40,387 bases of DNA from an uncultured Lachnospiraceae bacterium (GTDB lineage Bacteria > Bacillota > Clostridia > Lachnospirales > Lachnospiraceae), in NCBI GenBank assembly GCA_902803215.1, contig CADCPK010000046.1, positions 1 to 40,387 on the forward strand, written 5' to 3'. Positions 25,754 to 34,752 of the stretch are shown piece by piece; within the stretch, counting starts at the first letter, position 1, and the number at the start of each line of letters is the position of its first letter. The position numbers and the translations under genes are program-made. The notes under the pieces were generated by a model that ran no database searches, was not told the origin of the DNA, and worked only from the letters and a program-made list of their open reading frames with translations.

Positions 25754-27004
25754 TTAATTCCTGAAAAACTCCTCTATCTCAGTATAACCTTCCGAGATAA
25801 GCTGATCTTTCTGGAACTTTTTGTTTTTCTTCATGATCGAAATATTGACTACCGTACCCTGCTGCCTCTCTTCCGTCGCCTTGCGGATGATCCCGGCCAT
25901 CTTGTCGGCAGGCATATTCTTCTCGATCAGGAATGCCTTGCGGCCATGCTGATCGGGGATCTTGTATCCGCGTTCGAGAAGAAGCATAACGATCCTCTCG
26001 AATCCGATGGAAAAGCCGCAGGCACTGATGTTGTTGCCGGTAAATTTACCGATCATCTCGTCATAACGTCCGCCTCCGCCGACGCTGCCTCCGAACTCGT
26101 CCATGGCGATCTCGAAGATGGGGCCCGTATAATAGGACATTCCGCGGACAAGCGTAGGATCAAAGCTCATTCTGAAATCGCCTGTTTTGACATCTTCCAC
26201 TGTACAGATGATCGTCTCGAGGTCATCCGCGATCTGCGGCTCCAGGAAGCCGGTCAGCTTATCCTTCAGGTATCTCACGCCGCTGACATCGTTCTGCACC
26301 TCGCGGAACAGGGACAGGTACTTCTCGATCGCCTGCGGATCGAATCCTTCGTTTTTCAGTTCTTCTTCCACGCCCTCAAGGCCGATCTTGTCCATCTTGT
26401 CCAGAATGATGAACACCGTGTCATAACTTTCTTCGGGGAAACCGCTGTATGCGGCCATCGCCTTCAGGATACGTCTGTCATTGATACGGATCGTATACTT
26501 TTGAAAATCGAGCTTGTCGAGGAGTGTAGTCGTTGCCAGACAGAGCTCTATCTCGGCCAGGTAGGTGTTTTCTCCCGGGATATCGATGTCACACTGCATG
26601 AACTGGCGGAATCTTCCGCGCTGAGGACGGTCTGCCCTCCACACGTTGCCCATCTGCAGAGCCTTGAAGGGTGCGGGCAAAGTGTTCGCATTGTTCGAAT
26701 AATATCTGCAGAGCGGCACGGTCAGGTCGTATCTAAGTCCGGAATCCACCAGATCGGCTTCCGTCTCGGCCTGATCGAGCTTAAGCTTTTCTCCCCTTTT
26801 GAGGATCTTAAAGATCAGCTTCTCGTTTTCACCGCCCTGCTTGCTGCAGAGGTTCTCGATATGCTCCACACAGGGTGTCTCTATCGATGAAAAGCCGAAT
26901 GTCCCATATGTTTCCCTCACCATGTTCATCACATAGTTCCGGATCTCCATCTCGGAAGGCAGGATGTCTTTCATACCTGTCACAGGTTTTTTCTTCAGTG
27001 CCAT
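25754..27004 (-). CDS. hisS: Histidine--tRNA ligase
   Basis: LRYDLTVP, RADRPQRGRFRQF, VRGMSYYTG, GGGRYD, GFSIGFERI. Confidence 0.96.
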   Translation of the reverse strand: MALKKKPVTGMKDILPSEMEIRNYVMNMVRETYGTFGFSSIETPCVEHIENLCSKQGGENEKLIFKILKRGEKLKLDQAETEADLVDSGLRYDLTVPLCRYYSNNANTLPAPFKALQMGNVWRADRPQRGRFRQFMQCDIDIPGENTYLAEIELCLATTTLLDKLDFQKYTIRINDRRILKAMAAYSGFPEESYDTVFIILDKMDKIGLEGVEEELKNEGFDPQAIEKYLSLFREVQNDVSGVRYLKDKLTGFLEPQIADDLETIICTVEDVKTGDFRMSFDPTLVRGMSYYTGPIFEIAMDEFGGSVGGGGRYDEMIGKFTGNNISACGFSIGFERIVMLLLERGYKIPDQHGRKAFLIEKNMPADKMAGIIRKATEERQQGTVVNISIMKKNKKFQKDQLISEGYTEIEEFFRN

Positions 27005-27660
27005 TTTTCCTCCTTATATTTAACTGCGTAAGAATCGAACGCAGAAGTATTTCCGATATCATTTACGTCGGGACTGTGCATCACGCGCAGGAAAGCAAGG
27101 AACACTTCCATGTCAAAATCCTTGACCTCTTCGATCATCATTTCCATGGCAGTGTCTTTGTCGAACGCACTTCTGTACGGTCTGTCGGATCTGAGCGCGG
27201 TGTACACGTCGCAAACCCTGATAACCCTGGCGCCGAGCGGGATATCCTTTCCGGAAAGATTGTCGGGATACCCTGTCCCATCGTAGTTTTCGTGATGGTG
27301 AAGCACCGCTTTCAAAACAGACTCCGAATAGCCCTGTCCCTTAAGCGCCTCATACCCTAAAGTCGAATGCATTCTCACATATTTCAGTTCTTCCACCATC
27401 AACGAGTTCTGCTTCTGTCCGTCTATATACTCTTTCAATTTCAGCTTGCCGATGTCGTGCAGCATTCCGGCAAGCGATATATCGTAGCACACAGCTCTCG
27501 GAAGTCCCATCTCTGTCGCCACCCGCCGTGCCAGATTGCATACAATTATGCCGTGCCTGATCTCGGACGCAAGGCTGTACCCGGTGATTATGCTTTTCTG
27601 CTGTCCGTCTGCGGGTCCCTGCTCAGCCGTCCTGCCGAAATTCTCAAGATAATCTTCCAT
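26995..27660 (-). CDS. Stand-alone HD-GYP domain phosphohydrolase
   Basis: LHDIGK, HHENYDGTGYP, DVYTALRSDRPYR; GGAGG RBS; 3' end overlaps the hisS start by 10 nt. Confidence 0.88.
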   Translation of the reverse strand: MEDYLENFGRTAEQGPADGQQKSIITGYSLASEIRHGIIVCNLARRVATEMGLPRAVCYDISLAGMLHDIGKLKLKEYIDGQKQNSLMVEELKYVRMHSTLGYEALKGQGYSESVLKAVLHHHENYDGTGYPDNLSGKDIPLGARVIRVCDVYTALRSDRPYRSAFDKDTAMEMMIEEVKDFDMEVFLAFLRVMHSPDVNDIGNTSAFDSYAVKYKEEKWH

Positions 27661-27678
27661 TCCATCCTCCCGGTCTGC

Positions 27679-29202
27679 TCACAGCCATCTGGTTATGCCG
27701 GCACGCTTCCGCTCGATCATCTCATCGATGCGCGCGATATAATTCGATACATCCTTGACATTCTCGACTCTCTCGATCCGGTTGCTGTTCGGCACAACAA
27801 GCTTGGATGCGCCTCCTGCTCCCAGGGCGATGATGGGCTCTTTTTCTTCCATAATCAGTATATTGTAAATCCCGGCTTTGTCAACCTTGGAATACCCTAC
27901 ATTCTCAAAATTGCCTTTCATGTTTTTCTGACGGTACAGATAGTATGGACTCATGCCCATTCCGTAGGCCGCCTGCATGGTAAGGTCCAGGATACGCTGA
28001 TTGTTCTCAAACGTCATTTCTTTATATTCGTCACGGAATATATTCAGTCTCGCCGCTCTCTTTACGGCCAGTGAATGTACGGTCATGCTGTCCGGATCGA
28101 GGGAAGTCACTTCGTCCAGGGTAGACTTAACCATATTTTCGTCCTCACCCGGCAGTCCGATAATGAGGTCCATATTGATGTCATCAAAGCCGGCTTCCCT
28201 TGCGGTCCGGAACGCCCGGACCGTATCCTCCGTCGTATGCCTTCTTCCGATCAGGTCCAGAGTCTTCTGATTCATCGTCTGCGGATTCACAGAGATCCTG
28301 GACACATTGAACTCCCTTAGCGCGGCAAGCTTGTCAGCCGTAATACTGTCAGGTCTTCCGGCTTCCACGGTAAACTCGATAGCGTCGCAGACCGGAAATT
28401 CGGCAGTCAGTACCGACAACAGCCTTCTCAGCTGATCGGGGGAAAGCGTTGTCGGTGTACCTCCTCCGATATAGACAGAGTCGAGATGCCTTCCCGTGTC
28501 CTGCATGATGGCCGCCGTCGCCCGTATTTCGCGGATCAGGCAGTCCAGATATTCATCCACTCTTTTCTGCCACACGTTAAGCGGATAGGAGCTGAACGAA
28601 CAGTACAGACAGATGCTCGGGCAGAAGGGAATTCCCACGTAGAGGCTGTAACCGTTACGGCAGTCTATATCCTTCAGAATGTCCTTCTCACGGTTGGCGA
28701 TGGCTACGGCAAGCGCTGCCTTTTTGCTGCTGACCAGGTATCTGCTTCTCAGTTCTTCCGCTATCTCTGTGTTCTTTCTGCCTTCTTCCAGCATGATCAT
28801 GGCCAGCTTGGCCGGCCTTATCCCTGTCAGGTTTCCCCATGGCAGTGTCCTTCCGGACGTCCTGACCAGCATATTATACAGTTCATATTTGATCTTATCT
28901 TTGGTGGCTTTTCTGTCCGTCACGCCAAAAAGGGCATCCCTCTCTGTTTCTCCGGACTGCCCCTTCACTTCTCCGGCAGAAATAACGCCGGAGCCCTCAT
29001 TCGTATGATAAAAGATCTTATACTCTTCCTTTTCCTTAAGGACCAGGAAGCACAGATCCGAACCTTCCGCACAGGCCTCCCCTTCCTCTCTCTCCTCATC
29101 GTATGTGATGTCAAAGACAGCCTCCGGATAAAACGCGCGGATCAGTTCAAAAATGTCATGTTCAAAGTCGGTGTTTAAAAACCGAATACCGATGTTACAC
29201 AA
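27679..29202 (-). CDS. hemZ: HemZ-like radical SAM protein
   Basis: PWGNLTGIRP, CPSICLYC, YIGGGTPT, EAGRPD, PYYLYRQK; TTG 29202 with AGAGGGA RBS preferred over 29226. Confidence 0.9.
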   Translation of the reverse strand: MCNIGIRFLNTDFEHDIFELIRAFYPEAVFDITYDEEREEGEACAEGSDLCFLVLKEKEEYKIFYHTNEGSGVISAGEVKGQSGETERDALFGVTDRKATKDKIKYELYNMLVRTSGRTLPWGNLTGIRPAKLAMIMLEEGRKNTEIAEELRSRYLVSSKKAALAVAIANREKDILKDIDCRNGYSLYVGIPFCPSICLYCSFSSYPLNVWQKRVDEYLDCLIREIRATAAIMQDTGRHLDSVYIGGGTPTTLSPDQLRRLLSVLTAEFPVCDAIEFTVEAGRPDSITADKLAALREFNVSRISVNPQTMNQKTLDLIGRRHTTEDTVRAFRTAREAGFDDINMDLIIGLPGEDENMVKSTLDEVTSLDPDSMTVHSLAVKRAARLNIFRDEYKEMTFENNQRILDLTMQAAYGMGMSPYYLYRQKNMKGNFENVGYSKVDKAGIYNILIMEEKEPIIALGAGGASKLVVPNSNRIERVENVKDVSNYIARIDEMIERKRAGITRWL

Positions 29203-29824
29203 ATGGATTGTCCCTCTTTTCGTCACCGATCGTTGTCGATGAATTGTGTCCGGGATAGACCTCTGTCTCCTCGGGCAGATTATCGATGAGTCTGTGGAGA
29301 CTCGTAATGATCTGCGACATGCTCCCTCCCGGAAAATCCGTACGGCCGACCGACCCGCAGAACAGCGTATCTCCGCTGAAAAGGATCTTTTCTTCGGGAA
29401 GATAGTAGCAGCAGCCTCCCACCGTATGTCCGGGCGTATGCATCACCTGAATGCGAAAACCGGCACAGGTAAATTCATCATTATCGTCCAGGTACCTGTC
29501 CGCGTCAAACGATGCGGGAACCCGGTAATACTCCGTCATGTTTTTGACCGGATCGCGCAGCATATCGGCTTCGGCTCTGCAGGCATATATCGGAATATGA
29601 TAGTAATCCCTGAGCTCCTCCGCCGCCATAATGTGGTCAAAATGGCCGTGGGTAAGCAGTATGGCAACCGGCCCGGCGTCCATTTTAAGGATCATTTCTT
29701 TGATCCTTGCGGCGTTTGCCGCCGGATCGACCATGAACAGCTCACGGGTCTCCGTATTTTTCACAAAGTAAACATTGGTCTGAATCGGCCCCAGCACTGC
29801 CTGTCTAAGCATTAATCGACTCAT
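29195..29824 (-). CDS. MBL-fold metallo-hydrolase (glyoxalase II-like)
   Basis: THGHFDH, HTPGHT, SGDTLF, PGH. Confidence 0.93.
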   Translation of the reverse strand: MSRLMLRQAVLGPIQTNVYFVKNTETRELFMVDPAANAARIKEMILKMDAGPVAILLTHGHFDHIMAAEELRDYYHIPIYACRAEADMLRDPVKNMTEYYRVPASFDADRYLDDNDEFTCAGFRIQVMHTPGHTVGGCCYYLPEEKILFSGDTLFCGSVGRTDFPGGSMSQIITSLHRLIDNLPEETEVYPGHNSSTTIGDEKRDNPFV

Positions 29825-29842
29825 AAAAAACTCCCTTGTATG

Positions 29843-32173
29843 TCAGCCCGTTGTCCTCTCTACGTCCAGCACGCTCTCCACCTGCCGGATCTTCTCGATC
29901 AGGCTCTGCAGGACCTCTTTATTCTCCACATTGAATGTCACGGAGATGGTCGCCTTCTCCTGTTTGCTGGCCCGGCTGTTGAGGCTTCGGAGGTCGATCT
30001 TCCGCTCGGTAAAGATCCTGGAGAGGTCCACCAGAAGTCCGGTTCTGTTATTCGCGTAAATGTGAAGCTCGGCTGCATATTTCTCGTCCGCCCTTGTTTC
30101 GGGCTCCTGCCACTCCGCTTCGATCAGTCTGGTCCTGTCAGGCTCGGACATATTGATCACATTCACACAGTCCGTACGGTGAATGGTAATGCCTCTGCCT
30201 CTCGTGACGAACCCCACGATCTCATCTCCGGGGATCGGACTGCAGCATTTGCTGAAACGGACAGCCACATCATGGATGCCCTTGACCAGAATGCCGCCTT
30301 TGTTTCGGGTAATGTGAAGTTTATCTTTATTCTCCGATGCGGCCTCAAGGACCTGCTCATCGGTGATATTTTTCTTATTCTCTTTTTCCCAGGCCTCATA
30401 AAGTTTGTTGAAGACCTGTCCTTCTTTAAGTCCTCCGTGGCCGATGGCAGCCAGCACGGAGTCCCAGTCGCGGAACCCGTATTTTCGAAGCACCTGCTCC
30501 TGAAAAGCGGGTTTCATATATGTCGGAGCTTTGTATCCTTTGGCTTTTGCGTACTGAATAAGCAGTTCCTTGCCTTTGAGGATATTGTCTTCCTTCAGTT
30601 CTTTTTTGAACCACTGGTTGATCTTGTTCTTCGCCTGAGTACTTCGGACGATCTTGAGCCAGTCGCGGCTCGGACCCTGCGAGTTCTGCGAAGTGATGAT
30701 CTCGACGCGGTCGCCGTTGTTGATCTGATACTCTATCGGTACAAGCTTGCCGTTTACCCTGGCACCGACCATGCGGTTGCCGACGGCGCTGTGAACACTG
30801 TAGGCAAAATCGACTGTGGTTGAACCGCTGGGAAGCGTCTTGACATCGCCCTGCGGGGTAAAGCAATATACGCTGTCGGCGAAAAGATCCAGGTCGTTCT
30901 TCAGGAGGCTCATGAACTCCTTATTGTCCGACATGTCACGCTGCCATTCCAGGATCTGTCTGAGCCAGTTGAGCTTCTCTTCTTCGCTCTTACCCACCGG
31001 CGCTTTTCCGTCGGAGCTCTCTTTATACTTCCAGTGCGCAGCGATACCGTATTCGGCCGTCCTGTGCATCTCGTATGTACGGATCTGTATCTCGAAAGGC
31101 TGGCCCGTCGGTCCGATCAGCGTTGTGTGCAGCGACTGATACATGTTCGACTTGGGCATTGCGATATAGTCCTTAAAACGTCCCGGCACGGGCTTGTACA
31201 TTTCGTGGATGACGCCCAGTGCGGCGTAACAGTCTTTCACGGAATCGACAATGATACGGACGGCGAAAAGATCGTAGATCTGATCGATGGTCTTGTTCTG
31301 GTTGACCATCTTCTTGTAAATGCTGAAGAAATGTTTTACTCTGCCGTCGACCCTCGCCTGAATGCCGGCCTCTTCCATGTGATGCTCGACTTCCTGAACG
31401 ATACGGCCCACAAACTCCTCGCGGACACTCTTTCTGAGAGCGATCTTTTCGACCAGATCATAATAGATCTCGGGCTCAAGGAATTTGAGGGCGAGGTCAT
31501 CCAGCTCTACCTTGATCTTGGAAATACCGAGGCGCATGGCGATCGGCGCGTAAATATCCATCGTTTCTCTGGCTTTTTCGCGCTGTTTCTCGGGACGCAT
31601 GTACTGCAGAGTACGCATATTGTGGAGACGGTCGGCAAGCTTGATCAGGATGACCCGGATATCCTTTGCCATGGCGAGGAACATCTTGCGGAGGTTCTCG
31701 GCCTGTACTTCGATCTTATCCGCGTCGTAGGACAGCTGTCCCAGCTTTGTCACACCGTCGACCAGAAGCGCGACTTCGTCGCCGAACTCCTTGGCCACTT
31801 CTTCGTAAGTCATCCATGTGTCTTCGACAGCATCGTGCAAAAGGCCCGCAATGATCGTCTCCTTGTCCAGTTCCAGATCGGCCAGGATGATGGCCACACA
31901 GAGCGGATGGATGATGTACGGCTCTCCCGACTTTCTTTTCTGATCCTTGTGGGCCTCAAACGCTGTTTTGTAGGCCTTCTCGATCATGGAAATGTCGGCA
32001 GACGGATGATACTTCCGAACTCCGGCAATCAGCTCCCGATAGAGATCGTCAGGACTTGTGAAATCGTGCATGGATTTCACAGCCGCATCTGCCCTTACAA
32101 CAGATTCAAGCTTCTTTGGATCGATCTCCGTATTATGATCGTCTGCCGTTTTTCTTTTGATAATTTCCGCCAT
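29843..32173 (-). CDS. relA: Bifunctional (p)ppGpp synthetase/hydrolase Rel
   Basis: Hydrolase LLHDAVEDT, synthetase RFKDY/YQSLHT/EIQIRT, TGS domain, C-terminal ACT domain. Confidence 0.97.
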   Translation of the reverse strand: MAEIIKRKTADDHNTEIDPKKLESVVRADAAVKSMHDFTSPDDLYRELIAGVRKYHPSADISMIEKAYKTAFEAHKDQKRKSGEPYIIHPLCVAIILADLELDKETIIAGLLHDAVEDTWMTYEEVAKEFGDEVALLVDGVTKLGQLSYDADKIEVQAENLRKMFLAMAKDIRVILIKLADRLHNMRTLQYMRPEKQREKARETMDIYAPIAMRLGISKIKVELDDLALKFLEPEIYYDLVEKIALRKSVREEFVGRIVQEVEHHMEEAGIQARVDGRVKHFFSIYKKMVNQNKTIDQIYDLFAVRIIVDSVKDCYAALGVIHEMYKPVPGRFKDYIAMPKSNMYQSLHTTLIGPTGQPFEIQIRTYEMHRTAEYGIAAHWKYKESSDGKAPVGKSEEEKLNWLRQILEWQRDMSDNKEFMSLLKNDLDLFADSVYCFTPQGDVKTLPSGSTTVDFAYSVHSAVGNRMVGARVNGKLVPIEYQINNGDRVEIITSQNSQGPSRDWLKIVRSTQAKNKINQWFKKELKEDNILKGKELLIQYAKAKGYKAPTYMKPAFQEQVLRKYGFRDWDSVLAAIGHGGLKEGQVFNKLYEAWEKENKKNITDEQVLEAASENKDKLHITRNKGGILVKGIHDVAVRFSKCCSPIPGDEIVGFVTRGRGITIHRTDCVNVINMSEPDRTRLIEAEWQEPETRADEKYAAELHIYANNRTGLLVDLSRIFTERKIDLRSLNSRASKQEKATISVTFNVENKEVLQSLIEKIRQVESVLDVERTTG

Positions 32174-32250
32174 AAAACATCACCACCTGTCTGTATTTGC
32201 CGGTCTCGGATGACCTGCGTTCTGCTGTCTTCCTGTCAAATGTTAAAGAT

Positions 32251-32274
32251 ACGCTGCTGCCGCAGCAGCAGCGT
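32251..32274. terminator. Hairpin after apt (weak terminator or stabiliser)
   Basis: ACGCTGCTGC-CGCA-GCAGCAGCGT; short U-tract on the minus strand. Confidence 0.5.
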
Positions 32275-32283
32275 AAAACATTA

Positions 32284-32808
32284 TTATTTTCCTTCGTAGA
32301 TGATGGCCGAATCTACCGAATATCCTGCAAGTTTTTCTCTGCCGTTAAGGCCTGCCAGTTCCATGAGGAACACACATTTTACGACTTCGCCGCCAAGTTC
32401 CTCGATCATCTCGATCGCTGCGGCAATGGTTCCGCCCGTTGCGATAAGATCATCTACCAGGACAACTTTCTGGCCCGGTTTGATAGCGTCTTTGTGAATT
32501 TCGATCGTTGCCTGACCATACTCCAGATCATAGCTTCTGGAGATCGTCTCGCAGGGAAGCTTGCCTTTCTTGCGGACCGGAATGAACGGTTTGTGCAGAT
32601 TATAAGCGATCGGCATGCCGAAGATGAATCCGCGCGACTCGGTACCGACGATCACGTCGACATCAAGGTCTTTGATGAAACCCTGCATGGTGTCGATGGC
32701 AAGATGAAGCCCGTCAGGATCCTGAAGTATACTGGTAATGTCTCTGAAAATGATACCCGGTTCCGGAAAATCCGGAATGCTTCTTACGTACTCCTCAAGT
32801 TTTTTCAT
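32284..32808 (-). CDS. apt: Adenine phosphoribosyltransferase
   Basis: DFPEPGIIFRDIT, ESRGF, RKKGKLP, LEYG, VDDLIATGGT. Confidence 0.98.
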   Translation of the reverse strand: MKKLEEYVRSIPDFPEPGIIFRDITSILQDPDGLHLAIDTMQGFIKDLDVDVIVGTESRGFIFGMPIAYNLHKPFIPVRKKGKLPCETISRSYDLEYGQATIEIHKDAIKPGQKVVLVDDLIATGGTIAAAIEMIEELGGEVVKCVFLMELAGLNGREKLAGYSVDSAIIYEGK

Positions 32809-32851
32809 GCTGCAGCCCTCCGAAAATGGATTAACGATTAATAACTTAAGT

Positions 32852-32880
32852 ATTATAGCACTTTTTGTTTCTGTTTACAA
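32852..32880 (-). promoter_or_regulatory. Sigma-A promoter for apt-rel and downstream genes
   Basis: TTGTAA-17 nt-TATAAT with extended TG. Confidence 0.7.
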
Positions 32881-32958
32881 TTGGCATAAAAACCGACTAA
32901 ATATGACAAACACATCTAAATTTCCGACAAATTGACGCAACCGGCCGAAGTGTAATAA

Positions 32959-34671
32959 TCAACGGAAGTCCGTCACGACCACCTGGAGTGATTCTCTGCC
33001 GTTGTAGCTGTTGATTTCGGGATAGTATGTCACCGCGATCGGCTGAGGCAGTTTCGCCCGCTCCATAAAGAGTTCCGGGTCTCCAAAGTAAACGGAGTCG
33101 ATCTTAAAACCGTTATTGTCTTCGAGCACCATTTTAACCACGTTCCTGTTTTTCCCCACGATTTTGGGATAGCGTACGCGCAGTTCTTTCATGGCAAAGA
33201 CCGGCTTTCGGTTCTCCTTGCCGAACGGTTCCAAAAGCGACAGTTCTCCGACAAGTTTTTTGCTCAGGTAGGAGAACGGGACGGCCACATCGATCACGGT
33301 CTTTGGTGTCAGATCCTTCTCGGTAAGTGTGCACTCTTCGTTCAGCCGTCTTCTCAGTTCATCGACATTTTCTTCGGAAACAGAAAGCCCTGCCGCCATC
33401 GGATGGCCTCCGAACTGCAGGAACAGATCGGCACATTTGTTCATCTCATCATACATCGAATACGCTTCGATCGAGCGCCCGCTGCCTTTGACAGCGTTTT
33501 CGCCTTTTGTGAGGACAAAGACCGGTTTATAGTACTTCTCCCTTATTCTTCCTGCAATTATTCCCGCAAGGCTCTCGTGACACTCCGGCAGATAAATGAC
33601 CAGGACTTTGTCCCTGTCCATCCTGTTTTCTTCAATCAGGCGCTCTGCTTCAAGACGTCCTTCCTCGGTCATCGCTTTGCGGCTCACATTCAGATCGTAA
33701 AGGTCTCCCGCCAGCTTCTCCGCTTCGTCTGTATCACCGGATTCCAGAAGCGCCAGAGAACGTGCCGCAGTGTCCAGCCGCCCGCTCGCGTTGATACAGG
33801 GGCCGATCACAAAACCGATGTGGTAGGCGGATATTTCCCTGTCCTCCAGTCCGCATGCCCGAATCAGCGCACGCAGTCCTTTGTTTTTTGTTCTCTTCAG
33901 CCTTTTCAGGCCTTCCTTTACGATAATACGGTTCTCCCCCTGAAGGTCCATCACGTCTCCGACCGTTGCGATCGCTTCGATCTCGACAAGTTCGCTCAGT
34001 ATATCAGAAGCGATATGCATGTTCTCGAACAGCACACACATCAGTTTATACGCGACCACAGCACCGCAGATGTTTTTTGCGGGATATCCGCAGTCCTGCT
34101 GTTTCGGGTTTACGACCGCATCGGCCGGAGGTATCCGGTAGATCCTTTGCCCTTCTTTCTCTTCGTACGGTACTTCATGATGATCGGTCACGATCACGGT
34201 TATCCCCGCTTCTTTTGCGCGGGAGATCTCTGCATATGCAGCGATTCCGTTATCGCAGGTGATGATCGTGTCCACCTTGTCGGCTATGGCTCTGTCGATC
34301 AGATGGTCGTGTATTCCATACCCGTCAAGGACCCTGTCCGGAATATAATAATCCGCGTCGGCACCCGCTGCCGTCAATGCCTTATGCAGGATATATGTGG
34401 CGGACACGCCGTCAATGTCGTAGTCCCCGAGAATTCGGATCTTTTTCTTTTCCTCTATCTTTCGGGCCAGGATCTCCGCTGCTTTTTCGGCATCCTTCAA
34501 TAGCCGGGGCGAAGGAATATCGTTAAGCGTCCCGTGAAGATACTTTCTGATGTTTTCCGAGCCTTCTATACCCCGGTTTCGTATAAGGCGCGCTGTCACC
34601 TGATCGATGCCAAATTCTGCGGCTATCGCCTTGAAATCCGCCTTTTTCGTTGATATGACCCACTGTGTCAT
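32959..34671 (-). CDS. recJ: Single-stranded-DNA-specific exonuclease RecJ
   Basis: GDYDIDG, TCDNG, TDHH, NASGRL, GSGRS, GGHPMAAG, PFG. Confidence 0.97.
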   Translation of the reverse strand: MTQWVISTKKADFKAIAAEFGIDQVTARLIRNRGIEGSENIRKYLHGTLNDIPSPRLLKDAEKAAEILARKIEEKKKIRILGDYDIDGVSATYILHKALTAAGADADYYIPDRVLDGYGIHDHLIDRAIADKVDTIITCDNGIAAYAEISRAKEAGITVIVTDHHEVPYEEKEGQRIYRIPPADAVVNPKQQDCGYPAKNICGAVVAYKLMCVLFENMHIASDILSELVEIEAIATVGDVMDLQGENRIIVKEGLKRLKRTKNKGLRALIRACGLEDREISAYHIGFVIGPCINASGRLDTAARSLALLESGDTDEAEKLAGDLYDLNVSRKAMTEEGRLEAERLIEENRMDRDKVLVIYLPECHESLAGIIAGRIREKYYKPVFVLTKGENAVKGSGRSIEAYSMYDEMNKCADLFLQFGGHPMAAGLSVSEENVDELRRRLNEECTLTEKDLTPKTVIDVAVPFSYLSKKLVGELSLLEPFGKENRKPVFAMKELRVRYPKIVGKNRNVVKMVLEDNNGFKIDSVYFGDPELFMERAKLPQPIAVTYYPEINSYNGRESLQVVVTDFR

Positions 34672-34700
34672 ACAATTCCTCCTTTGTGGCTTCGCAGGAT

Positions 34701-34740
34701 GATAAAGAATCCCGGGCGCTTCCGCCCGGGATCGTTTATC
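34701..34740 (-). terminator. Hairpin or terminator after secDF
   Basis: ATCCCGGGCG-CTTC-CGCCCGGGAT, extended by GATAAA/TTTATC. Confidence 0.65.
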
Positions 34741-34752
34741 AGCTTTTGAATA

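Noticed and set aside
23959-25764. 601-aa plus-strand ORF antisense to aspS (and similar ones opposite rel, recJ, secDF, rpsB and hisS)
   Set aside because: Same antisense-frame effect, recurring opposite many genes here; no family motifs
32932-32959. Possible antisense promoter into recJ (TTGACG-16 nt-AATAAT)
   Set aside because: The -10 lacks the first T and spacing is suboptimal; compatible with chance in AT-rich DNA
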